Positions 18,703 through 26,975 of a stretch of DNA of 64,000 nucleotides are shown in pieces. The number at the start of each line of letters is the position of its first letter. The stretch's first letter is position 1. The position numbers and the translations under genes are program-made. Source of the DNA: Candidatus Micrarchaeota archaeon. Its GTDB lineage: Archaea; Micrarchaeota; Micrarchaeia; Norongarragalinales; Norongarragalinaceae. Location of the stretch: contig JACQQD010000003.1 of assembly GCA_016207165.1 (NCBI GenBank), positions 32,001-96,000 on the forward strand, given 5' to 3'. The notes under the pieces are model-generated. The model did not search any database, was not told the DNA's origin, and was given only the letters and a program-made list of their open reading frames with translations.

Positions 18703-19217
18703 AGTGGACCCTGGAAAACCATCCGAAGCGGGTACCCCAGACCCAACAAAAATTTCTTTGCCTTTCTTCCCTCGTAAATCTCCTTGCTGATTTGCACGGA
18801 CTCCGACAACGCCTTCAATTCCTTTTCAAGAAGCGCCACCGAGGGCTCCGGAAGCATGGGGGGAAGCGTATCGGGGTGCCGGGGCAACGCAATGGAAGGC
18901 TTGGAAAACACCACCAAAAGCCGGTTGCCCAAAGACCGGTACGTCCAATCGGCTTCGGGTCGGATGCGAAGCCACTGCAAGTCAGCGTACAGGTTCCTCC
19001 AGTCCTGCCGGAACTTCGGCGCCAGTGTGGAGGAACCGATGACCGCGCTGGCTTGCGCGCGCAAAAAAGCCCTCACCAAAGGCCCTGCCAAATCCGGGGA
19101 ATGCTCAAACAAACCGTTTCGGTTGGGCAATTCAACAGCCCAATACGAACGAGGGCCCTGCGTGGAAGGAGGCAACTTGAAATGGTGAAGCGTCAGGCGG
19201 CGCGCGGTAGAACCCAT
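18678..19217 (-). CDS. Hypothetical orphan
   Basis: ORF from MGSTARR fills the gap; Arg/Pro-rich. Confidence 0.5.
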   Translation of the reverse strand: MGSTARRLTLHHFKLPPSTQGPRSYWAVELPNRNGLFEHSPDLAGPLVRAFLRAQASAVIGSSTLAPKFRQDWRNLYADLQWLRIRPEADWTYRSLGNRLLVVFSKPSIALPRHPDTLPPMLPEPSVALLEKELKALSESVQISKEIYEGRKAKKFLLGLGYPLRMVFQGPLWLNRLPA

Positions 19218-19306
19218 CCAACCGGAGTATAACGCAACCCATAAAAAGCGTTTTCCGCCTCTGTTTGAAGGAACAGAACCATCAGAACCAAGCGCGTGTA
19301 TTTTAC

Positions 19307-20035
19307 GTGGCCAAAAAAGAATTCTCTTCATTGTACGTGGGGTTGGGCGCCTTGGCGGTGCTTCTCGTCGTGGGCGTCGCCTACGTCGCGTTTTTGCAAC
19401 CCGTTTTAAGCCAACCCACGCCGACGCCCAGCGCACCCGTCATCACTTCGAACAACGCCAACCCCTCCATCCCAGCCCAAGCGGTTCTCACCGGCAAGCC
19501 CAGCTGTTCCACCAACGCCAGCACGCCCGTGCTGTTGTTTCACGACCCGTACTGCCCCGCGTGCGCGGCCAACGAACCCATCCTCAACGCCTTCTACAAG
19601 AAGTACGCCGGTTCCGCGGACATCCAGTACCGCTTCGTGGCCACGCATTCCAGGCAAATGGCCCAGCAATTCGGCATCAACGAAACGTTCATCGCCCACG
19701 ACTACCACGTGTGCGCGCAGGACCAAGGCCGACTCCAGGAATTCAAGGCCTGCTTTTACCGCACGCTTGAAATCCAGGACGGCCAGTACCTGCCCATGAA
19801 CGACTCCACGCTTCGCGACTGCGCCGTGGTTCAAAGCGGGTTAGACCAAGCGCAACTGGACGCGTGCTTGCAGACGGCGCGGGCCCGCATCGACGAACAA
19901 CTGCTGGAGGCCGCGGACTTTGGCGGCGGCACGTATTTTACGCCCATGGCCGTCGTGGGATGCGAGTACCGCGTGAACTCGGCGCTGGTGGAAGAAACGT
20001 ATTGCGCGGTTTCAGGCGCCTGCCCAACCGCTTAA
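19307..20035 (+). CDS. Membrane-anchored DsbA/thioredoxin-fold protein
   Basis: N-terminal TM, Pro/Thr linker, CPAC motif, FTP cis-Pro loop. Confidence 0.8.
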   Translation: MAKKEFSSLYVGLGALAVLLVVGVAYVAFLQPVLSQPTPTPSAPVITSNNANPSIPAQAVLTGKPSCSTNASTPVLLFHDPYCPACAANEPILNAFYKKYAGSADIQYRFVATHSRQMAQQFGINETFIAHDYHVCAQDQGRLQEFKACFYRTLEIQDGQYLPMNDSTLRDCAVVQSGLDQAQLDACLQTARARIDEQLLEAADFGGGTYFTPMAVVGCEYRVNSALVEETYCAVSGACPTA

Positions 20036-20063
20036 AAGCATCCAAAGCGTGGTATTTCGACAT

Positions 20064-21521
20064 ATGCTTCGAAGCATTCAGCCCAAGCAGGACTGGAACC
20101 AACGCGTGCTGCGCGTACTGAAGGAAGCCCCCAAACTCAAGAAGCTCCGCGTCTTGGCGGGGTTTAACGCGGTCACAGACTACATCAAGTTCGTGGATTC
20201 CAAAACCGTGCTGAAAGCCTTCAGCGGATTGGATGAAGCGGAACGCAAAAAAGCGCTGGACAAAAGCCAATCCGACGCCAACCACCTAACCCACCCCAGA
20301 GACTTTTTGGCGCAGCTTTTCCGGTGCATGCGCATCGGCAAAGCGGGTTTAGTCGTCGCGTCCCCGGAAGTGCTCAAGTGGCTGGACGACGCCTTTGGCG
20401 CGCCGGACGAAAAGCGCTTGGGGGGACAAGCCGCCCTGATGGCCGCCCAACTCTCGGAATTGGGAGCCCGCGCCTGCATCTACCCCGCCAACCTGTCCGT
20501 GGACCAAGCCAAACTGATTCCCGACGACGTCTGCGTGCCGGTGGCCGACAAAAAGAAACTCAAGCTCGCAAAGCCCCTGAAAGCCGCCCGACCCGAAGAC
20601 CCCACCCAAACCAGTTGGATTTTTGAATTCACCCACGGCCAAGTCCTGGAACTGCCTGGCGAACGCATCGAGTGCCCACGGCAGAACCGCCTCATCGTCG
20701 CCTACCCCTCCAACTACACCGCCGCCTTCAAGAAAGACATGGAACCCGCGCTGCCCAAGCTCGCCAAGCAAATCGACGTACTGCTCGTGTCCGGCTACCA
20801 TGCCCTGGACGCCAAAACCGCGAAAAAGGAGTTGGCCACGATAACGGACCAACTCAAAAAGATGCGCAACGCCAACAAGAAAATCCAAGTCCACTACGAA
20901 TTCGTGCCCTACGAGGATGACGCCGTCGGAAAAGCCGCCCTCAAGGCGCTCTCCGGCCTCATTGACAGCATGGGCATGAATGAAGTGGAGCTCGTCAACG
21001 TCTTGAAGTTGTTGGGATTCAAGAAAAACGCGCAGGACATCGAAAAACACGAGTGCGCCGAAACGCTCTACGAAGGCGCGGCCGCCGTCCTGGAAAAACT
21101 CCGGCTTCAACGCGTCCACGTGCACAGCCTCGGCTACAACGTTCTGGTCGTATCCAAGAAAGTGGACGCCGACGCGGCGCGCGACGGCGCGCTTTTTGGC
21201 TCCGCGGCCGCCACCGTCAAATCCACGACCGGTAAATTGGGCCAAGCCGAATTTTCCAAGGAGGTCTTCCTCAAAATTTCCGAAACCGGGTACAACCAAA
21301 TCGGGCAATTCGAGTCCTCCATCTGGGACTCGTGGCAGAAAAAGAAGCGAAAACCCATTTCCTCTCTTTTAAGAAAACAGTTCATGAGCTCCGGCATCTT
21401 CGACGAACAAAAAACGCATACCGCCATCATCGTTCCGGCGCCAGTGGCTACCGGGTTAAAGACCACCGTGGGATTGGGCGACGTCGTCTCGGCGTGCGCC
21501 ATTGCCTTCCAAGCCGCCTGA
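20064..21521 (+). CDS. ADP-dependent glucokinase/phosphofructokinase family
   Basis: FN..TD, R.GGQA..MA, IFEF, NRLI, SGY, GMNE.E, TVGLGD. Confidence 0.9.
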   Translation: MLRSIQPKQDWNQRVLRVLKEAPKLKKLRVLAGFNAVTDYIKFVDSKTVLKAFSGLDEAERKKALDKSQSDANHLTHPRDFLAQLFRCMRIGKAGLVVASPEVLKWLDDAFGAPDEKRLGGQAALMAAQLSELGARACIYPANLSVDQAKLIPDDVCVPVADKKKLKLAKPLKAARPEDPTQTSWIFEFTHGQVLELPGERIECPRQNRLIVAYPSNYTAAFKKDMEPALPKLAKQIDVLLVSGYHALDAKTAKKELATITDQLKKMRNANKKIQVHYEFVPYEDDAVGKAALKALSGLIDSMGMNEVELVNVLKLLGFKKNAQDIEKHECAETLYEGAAAVLEKLRLQRVHVHSLGYNVLVVSKKVDADAARDGALFGSAAATVKSTTGKLGQAEFSKEVFLKISETGYNQIGQFESSIWDSWQKKKRKPISSLLRKQFMSSGIFDEQKTHTAIIVPAPVATGLKTTVGLGDVVSACAIAFQAA

Positions 21522-21526
21522 AACCC

Positions 21527-22183
21527 ATGAGCCCCCCGCTTCCCCGCATCATTGGCGTTGAACATTACCCCTGGAACTTGGACGAAGCAAAAAAAGTCGT
21601 TGACGCACTCCCCGGAAGCTCCCGCGTGGGCCTGGAAATGGATTTGCCGCCCTTACTCCACGAGGCCTTCCAGAAAAAGTACCCCCGTCTGACTGGATCC
21701 GGAATTTACGGCGCCACCGGTTTTTTCAATGAACTGGCGAAGTACGCGACGAAGCGCGGCCACACCATCGTGTGGCTGGACCACCCGACGCGATCCATGG
21801 CAGGCGTACACCCCCTGCTTGAAAAAATGGAGCGGTACCTGGACCAACGCGCAAAAAATGGCGAACCCGCCGACATGCTACCGGTCCAAATGATATTCGG
21901 TTTTCGGGCGTTGACCCAAAGGCTCGCGCCATTCCGATCCAAAATCATGGCGCACAAAATACGTCGGACGCCATGGGCGGAAACGGACGTGGCCCTTTTG
22001 GGGGGCTTCCACGCCGAAGACGTGGCCGAGGCACTCAATGCACGCGTGGAGAAACAGATCGGCGAAACCACGCCTCAACAAGCCCGTAACGCCCGAAACG
22101 CATTCGAAGAATTTCGGTCAACGCAGGACGTGCGCCAATGGGTGGACGATTTCCTAAAGGGGCTCAAACAGCAAGGCACTTGA
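21527..22183 (+). CDS. Orphan with possible TraB/EreA/ChaN-like metal-site motifs
   Basis: IIGVEH, VGLE, WLD, R...M..KI, GGFH. Confidence 0.45.
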   Translation: MSPPLPRIIGVEHYPWNLDEAKKVVDALPGSSRVGLEMDLPPLLHEAFQKKYPRLTGSGIYGATGFFNELAKYATKRGHTIVWLDHPTRSMAGVHPLLEKMERYLDQRAKNGEPADMLPVQMIFGFRALTQRLAPFRSKIMAHKIRRTPWAETDVALLGGFHAEDVAEALNARVEKQIGETTPQQARNARNAFEEFRSTQDVRQWVDDFLKGLKQQGT

Positions 22184-22196
22184 CGCCACCCCCCGC

Positions 22197-22373
22197 AAAA
22201 ACCATTTAAACCCGGCTTGCCACCAAGAACAACGGTTGGAATGGCCCGGGATTTACTTTGCCGTTGAAAACGTCGTTTTAGCGTCCAGCCCGTTGCTTTT
22301 TCAATGTCGTTGTCCCTTGAAAGCCCAGCGTTAGCTTGGCCCCGGAACGCGTTGGGAAGAAGGACAACGAAAA
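22197..22373 (+). promoter_or_regulatory. Promoter (TTTAAA 22205-22210) and structured 5' leader of the cysteine operon, with uORF MARDLLCR (22241-22267)
   Basis: Stems 22230-40/22284-95 and 22307-15/22362-70; T-tract 22297-22301. Confidence 0.6.
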
Positions 22374-22778
22374 ATGAGGGAGAACATCATGATCATGGAA
22401 ACGCGCCGGCTTTGGGCGCATGAAGAAACAAGGCCCGAACACAAGGAACACTTGAAAAAACAGATTGTGGAAAGCCAGACCATCACGCCCATCGTGGTGG
22501 ACCGGGAGACCTTCGTGGTTTTGGACGGCCACCACCGCCTGCAAATCGTCCAAGAACTGGGTTTTGGAAAAATACCCGTGCACTGGATGGATTACGGCGA
22601 CGCGTCCATCGAAGTGAAAGCCTACGACACCGGAACGCCCTTGGACAAGGCGCACGTGATTGCGCGCGCCAAACAAAAAAGGTTGTACCCGCCGAAAAGC
22701 ACGCGGCACACGTATCAAGGAAAACACGTGTCCGAGTGGACGGAAAAACACCCGGTTTCACTATCGGAGTTGAAATGA
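22374..22778 (+). CDS. ParB/Srx-fold protein, SerK/SbnI-like free L-serine kinase (compact)
   Basis: L.AHE, PIVV, LDGHHR, P...DY and C-terminal YPPKSTRH resemble SerK motifs; heads the cysteine operon. Confidence 0.7.
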   Translation: MRENIMIMETRRLWAHEETRPEHKEHLKKQIVESQTITPIVVDRETFVVLDGHHRLQIVQELGFGKIPVHWMDYGDASIEVKAYDTGTPLDKAHVIARAKQKRLYPPKSTRHTYQGKHVSEWTEKHPVSLSELK

Positions 22779-22781
22779 CGA

Positions 22782-23726
22782 ATGCATGAATCCATCCTGG
22801 ACGCCGTGGGAAACACGCCTCTGGTCAAACTCAAGAAAATCGGCAAAAACCTCGGCGCCCGACTCTACGCGAAAGTCGAGTACGTCAACCCCGGCGGATC
22901 CGTCAAGGACCGCATGGCCATCCAAATGGTGGCCGACGCCGAAAAACAAGGGTTGCTGAAAAAAGGCGGCACCCTCGTCGAGCCCACGTCCGGCAACACC
23001 GGTGCGGGATTGGCCGTGGTGGCCGCCGTCAAAGGCTACCACTGCATTTTCGTTGTACCGGACAAAGTCAGCCCCGAAAAAATCGACTTGCTGAAAGCCT
23101 ACGGTGCCGAAGTCGTCGTCACGCCCACCAACGTGGAACGCGAGGACCCCCAAAGCTATTACTCCGTCGCCGACCGCTTGGCCAAAGAAAGAAACGCATT
23201 CCAGCCCAACCAGTACTTCAACCCCTCCAACCCCTTGGCGCACTACGCGTCCACGGGCCCTGAAATCTGGGAACAAACCAAAGGCAACGTCACGCATTTC
23301 GTGGCCGGCATGGGAACCGGAGGCACGATTTCAGGAGTCTCGAAATTCCTCAAAGAACAAAACCCGAAAATCCAGGTGGTGGGCGCGGACCCGGAAGGCT
23401 CCATTTACTCGTCCAAAGACATCCACCAGTACAAAGTCGAAGGCATTGGCGAAGACTTTTACCCCGGAACCATGGACCTCAAATTGGTGGACCGCATCAT
23501 TCAGACGCACGACGCGGAAAGCCTGTCCATGACGCGCCGGCTCGCGCGAGAAGAAGGCATCCTGGTTGGCGGGTCCTCGGGGGCGGCCACCGTGGCGGCC
23601 GTGAAACTCGCCGAAGAACTGGAAAAAGACGCGCTGGTCGTCGTGCTCTTGCCCGATGGCGGACGAGGTTACCTCAGCAAAGTCTTCTCCGACGCGTGGA
23701 TGGAAAAAAACGGTTTTGAAGTGTGA
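22782..23726 (+). CDS. PLP-dependent cystathionine beta-synthase / cysteine synthase (no regulatory CBS domains)
   Basis: GNTPLV, NPGGSVKDR, EPTSGNTG, GMGTGGT, EGIG.DF. Confidence 0.93.
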   Translation: MHESILDAVGNTPLVKLKKIGKNLGARLYAKVEYVNPGGSVKDRMAIQMVADAEKQGLLKKGGTLVEPTSGNTGAGLAVVAAVKGYHCIFVVPDKVSPEKIDLLKAYGAEVVVTPTNVEREDPQSYYSVADRLAKERNAFQPNQYFNPSNPLAHYASTGPEIWEQTKGNVTHFVAGMGTGGTISGVSKFLKEQNPKIQVVGADPEGSIYSSKDIHQYKVEGIGEDFYPGTMDLKLVDRIIQTHDAESLSMTRRLAREEGILVGGSSGAATVAAVKLAEELEKDALVVVLLPDGGRGYLSKVFSDAWMEKNGFEV

Positions 23727-23790
23727 CCATGCGGTTGAACACGAACGTTTTGCTGAAACAAAACGATTCACGAAAAAGGGGTCTGGCGCA

Positions 23791-24933
23791 GTGAAGTTCA
23801 ACACGAAAGCGGTTCACGCCGGAGAAAAACCGGATTCCGCCACCGGGGCCCTGGCAACGCCCATTTATCAGACGAGCACGTACGCCCAGGACGCGCCCAA
23901 CCAACACAAGGGCTTCGATTACAGCCGGGCGGCCAACCCCACCCGGCAAATCCTGGAAAACAATTTGGCGGCCCTGGAAAACGTGGATTACGCCGTGGCA
24001 TTCTCTTCGGGCTTGGCGGCCACAAGCTCGGTGTTGAACTTGTTCAAGCAAGGCGACCATGTGGTCGCGTCACAAGACATGTACGGCGGCACGTACCGGT
24101 TGTTCAAGCAACTCTACGAAAAATACGGAGTCACCTTTGATTTCGTTGACGCGACGAACTCGGACGCCCTGCAATCCGCCATCAAACCCAACACCAAACT
24201 CGTATGGATTGAAACCCCCTCCAACCCGCTTCTCAAAATTACGGACATCAAAGCCGCCGCCGCCATCGCCCACGACGCCAACGCGCGGTTGGCCGTGGAC
24301 AGCACCTTGGCCACGCCCCACCTACAACAACCCTTTTCCTTGGGGGCCGACTTGGTCGTGCATTCCACCACGAAGTACCTCAACGGACACGCCGACGTCA
24401 TCGGCGGCGCGGTATGCGTCAAAGACAAAACCCTCTACGAACAGTTGCGCTTCTGGCAGAAGTCCGTGGGATCGGTTCCGGGCCCCCTGGATTGCTATTT
24501 GGTGTTGCGCGGAATCAAGACCCTGCCGCTTCGCATGGACCAGCACTCCAAGAACGCCATGACCGTCGCCCAATTCCTGCAAAGCCATCCCAAAGTCAAG
24601 CGCGTCATTTACCCCGGACTTCAAAGCCACCCCCAACACGAATTGGCGAAAAAACAGATGACCGCGTTTTCAGGAATGATTGCCGTGGAATTGGACGCCT
24701 CCTTTGAAAAAGCCATGGCGTTTGCCTCCAACTTGGAACTGTTCACCTTGGCCGAGGACTTGGGGGGAGTCAAGAGCCTGACGTGCCACCCGGCGTCCAT
24801 GACGCACGCCGCCGTCCCAAAACAAGAACGCCTCAAAACGGGATTCACCGACGAACTCATCCGCCTGAGCATCGGCATCGAGGACGCCGACGACCTCATC
24901 GAAGACCTTGAAAAAGCGCTGGACCCATTGTAG
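23791..24933 (+). CDS. Cystathionine gamma-lyase/synthase (Cys/Met PLP enzyme)
   Basis: PIYQTSTY, YSR..NPT, ETPSNP, HSTTKY.NGH.D, LIRLSIGIED. Confidence 0.93.
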   Translation: MKFNTKAVHAGEKPDSATGALATPIYQTSTYAQDAPNQHKGFDYSRAANPTRQILENNLAALENVDYAVAFSSGLAATSSVLNLFKQGDHVVASQDMYGGTYRLFKQLYEKYGVTFDFVDATNSDALQSAIKPNTKLVWIETPSNPLLKITDIKAAAAIAHDANARLAVDSTLATPHLQQPFSLGADLVVHSTTKYLNGHADVIGGAVCVKDKTLYEQLRFWQKSVGSVPGPLDCYLVLRGIKTLPLRMDQHSKNAMTVAQFLQSHPKVKRVIYPGLQSHPQHELAKKQMTAFSGMIAVELDASFEKAMAFASNLELFTLAEDLGGVKSLTCHPASMTHAAVPKQERLKTGFTDELIRLSIGIEDADDLIEDLEKALDPL

Positions 24934-26340
24934 ATGAATATGCCGAAATTCTTCAACACATTGACCCGCAAGAAGGAAGCGTTCAAGCCCCTCCAGAACA
25001 ACTTAGTGCGCTGGTACGCATGCGGCCCCACGGTGTACAATTATCCCCACATCGGCAACTACCGCGCGTACGCGTTTGTTGACTTGCTCCGCCGCTTTCT
25101 GGAATGGAAGAACTACAAAGTCATGCTGGTCATGAACATCACGGATGTGGACGACAAAACCATCCGCGACTCCCAAAAACAAGGCAAAACATTGGAAGAA
25201 TTCACGCGGTTCTACGAGAAAGGCTTTTTCGAGGACCTGCAAACACTGAACATTAAGCCCGCTAACTACTATCCCAGAGCCACGGACCACATCAACGACA
25301 TGGTCAGCCTCATTGGCGAATTGACGCTGGCCCACAAGGCGTACCAAGGCTCAGACGGGTCATGGTACTACAAGATTTCCGAGTTCTTGGACTACGGCAA
25401 GCTCTCGGGCCTCCAACAAAAGGACTTGAAAGCCGGAGCCTCCGGCCGCGTGGCGGCGGATGAATACACCAAGGACAACGTCTCCGACTTCGTATTGTGG
25501 AAAGCCTGGCAGCCAGACGACGGCGACGTGTACTGGGAAACCCGTCTTGGAAAAGGAAGGCCCGGCTGGCACATTGAATGCTCCGCCATGAGCACCAAGT
25601 ACCTGGGGTTTAGCTTTGACATCCACACCGGCGGCGTGGACTTAAAATTCCCCCACCACGAAAACGAGATTGCCCAGTCGGAAGGCGCGTCCAAAAAACC
25701 GTTTGTCAAGTACTGGCTGCACAACGAGCACCTCCTGGTTGAAGGCAAGAAAATGTCAAAATCCCTGGGCAACTTCTACACGCTGCGCGACTTGTTGGAC
25801 AAAAACCTCAAACCCGCGGCCATCCGCTACGCGCTCATTGCCACGCACTACCGAAGCCAACTGAACTTCACGTTTGACGTGGTGCACGCCGCAGAAAAAA
25901 CGCTGGACCGCCTCCAAGACTTTTTGGCTCGAGCGAAAGAAGCGGATGGAAAAAACAATCCCGGCTTGGAAAACGCGATCAAAAACACGAAAAAACGATT
26001 TGAAGACGCGTTGGACGACGACTTGGACGTCGCGCAGGCCCTCTCGGCGGTCTTTGAACTGGAGCACCAAGCCAACAAGGCCATGGCGCTGGGCCACGTC
26101 TCCAAAAAACAAGCCGAACGAATCGCAGACTTCTTTTGGAACGATTTTAACGCGGTCTTCGGCGTCCTGGAAAAAAAGTCCGCCACCGTGCCGAAAACCG
26201 TTTTGGACCTCGTGGAGAAACGGGAAGCCGCCCGAAAAAAGAAGGACTTCAAGGCCGCGGACGCGCTTCGAAACCAAATCAAGGAAAAGGGCTTCGAGGT
26301 CGTGGACGAGGCCACTGGGCCCCGGCTGAAAAAAACCTAA
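24934..26340 (+). CDS. cysS: Cysteinyl-tRNA synthetase
   Basis: CGPTVY, HIGN, GRPGWHIEC, FPHHENE, KMSKS. Confidence 0.98.
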   Translation: MNMPKFFNTLTRKKEAFKPLQNNLVRWYACGPTVYNYPHIGNYRAYAFVDLLRRFLEWKNYKVMLVMNITDVDDKTIRDSQKQGKTLEEFTRFYEKGFFEDLQTLNIKPANYYPRATDHINDMVSLIGELTLAHKAYQGSDGSWYYKISEFLDYGKLSGLQQKDLKAGASGRVAADEYTKDNVSDFVLWKAWQPDDGDVYWETRLGKGRPGWHIECSAMSTKYLGFSFDIHTGGVDLKFPHHENEIAQSEGASKKPFVKYWLHNEHLLVEGKKMSKSLGNFYTLRDLLDKNLKPAAIRYALIATHYRSQLNFTFDVVHAAEKTLDRLQDFLARAKEADGKNNPGLENAIKNTKKRFEDALDDDLDVAQALSAVFELEHQANKAMALGHVSKKQAERIADFFWNDFNAVFGVLEKKSATVPKTVLDLVEKREAARKKKDFKAADALRNQIKEKGFEVVDEATGPRLKKT

Positions 26341-26969
26341 CCACGAAGGTCCTGAAACGTTTTGTAGCCTTCCACCAAAAACAAGAATGCGGGAAGCAGG
26401 GGCGGAAAAACCGCGTCGAGACGGCCGACCCACAACGTGAAAAACAATCCGCCGAAAAGCAGGGCATCCCGCAGCAAGTACTTCTGGCGTTCCACGGCAT
26501 TGGACGCGTCCTGGGTTTTTCCTTCCTGGACCAGACGGTCAATGAATACCATCGTCAACGCAAACGACAGGAACACCAAACCAAACAGCGGCGCCACAAA
26601 AAACGGGTCCACGCGGTCGCGAAACGCATACAAAACCGCCAAAAAGACGCCCAAGCCCGTGAACACGGAAAGCCAGACCGTCACGCCTTTTTGCTTGGAC
26701 AAATTGACTTTGACTTGTTCAAGGTCCGACAGCAAACCAAAAAACATCTGGAAGCGGTTGCCGCGCCACTCCTTGGGAAAATCAAGGAAACGAACGGCCA
26801 AGGACCCAAACAACAGCAAAAATTCCAAGCCGTACGCGGCGCCCAACACCTTGAGGGAAAACGCGTCAAAGAAAACTCCGGAAACGGATTTGACCAACGC
26901 ATCAAAAAGGTACAACAAAAGAAGCAAGTGAACGGCGAAAACGCCGAGGCGATCCAAGGAAAAGCGCAT
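26337..26969 (-). CDS. Hypothetical membrane protein
   Basis: ~6 hydrophobic segments; directly downstream of alaS. Confidence 0.65.
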   Translation of the reverse strand: MRFSLDRLGVFAVHLLLLLYLFDALVKSVSGVFFDAFSLKVLGAAYGLEFLLLFGSLAVRFLDFPKEWRGNRFQMFFGLLSDLEQVKVNLSKQKGVTVWLSVFTGLGVFLAVLYAFRDRVDPFFVAPLFGLVFLSFALTMVFIDRLVQEGKTQDASNAVERQKYLLRDALLFGGLFFTLWVGRLDAVFPPLLPAFLFLVEGYKTFQDLRG

Positions 26970-26975
26970 GCTGTT

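Noticed and set aside
18400-19217. Single frameshifted gene
   Set aside because: The downstream ORF has a plausible TTG start overlapping the upstream gene end, and no homology evidence supports fusion; left as two orphans
22307-22370. SECIS element or known SAM/T-box riboswitch
   Set aside because: The GAA/A loop is only loosely SECIS-like, no in-frame UGA selenoprotein was seen nearby, and SAM-I/SMK/T-box consensus motifs were not recognised
24931-24936. Amber read-through/recoding (lyase TAG directly in frame with cysS ATG; TAG in the toxin; TAG after half-TBP followed by 49 open codons)
   Set aside because: Conserved genes such as rpl11, xpf and the lyase end at TAG at their expected lengths; the toxin also has a frameshift; no pyrrolysine genes seen
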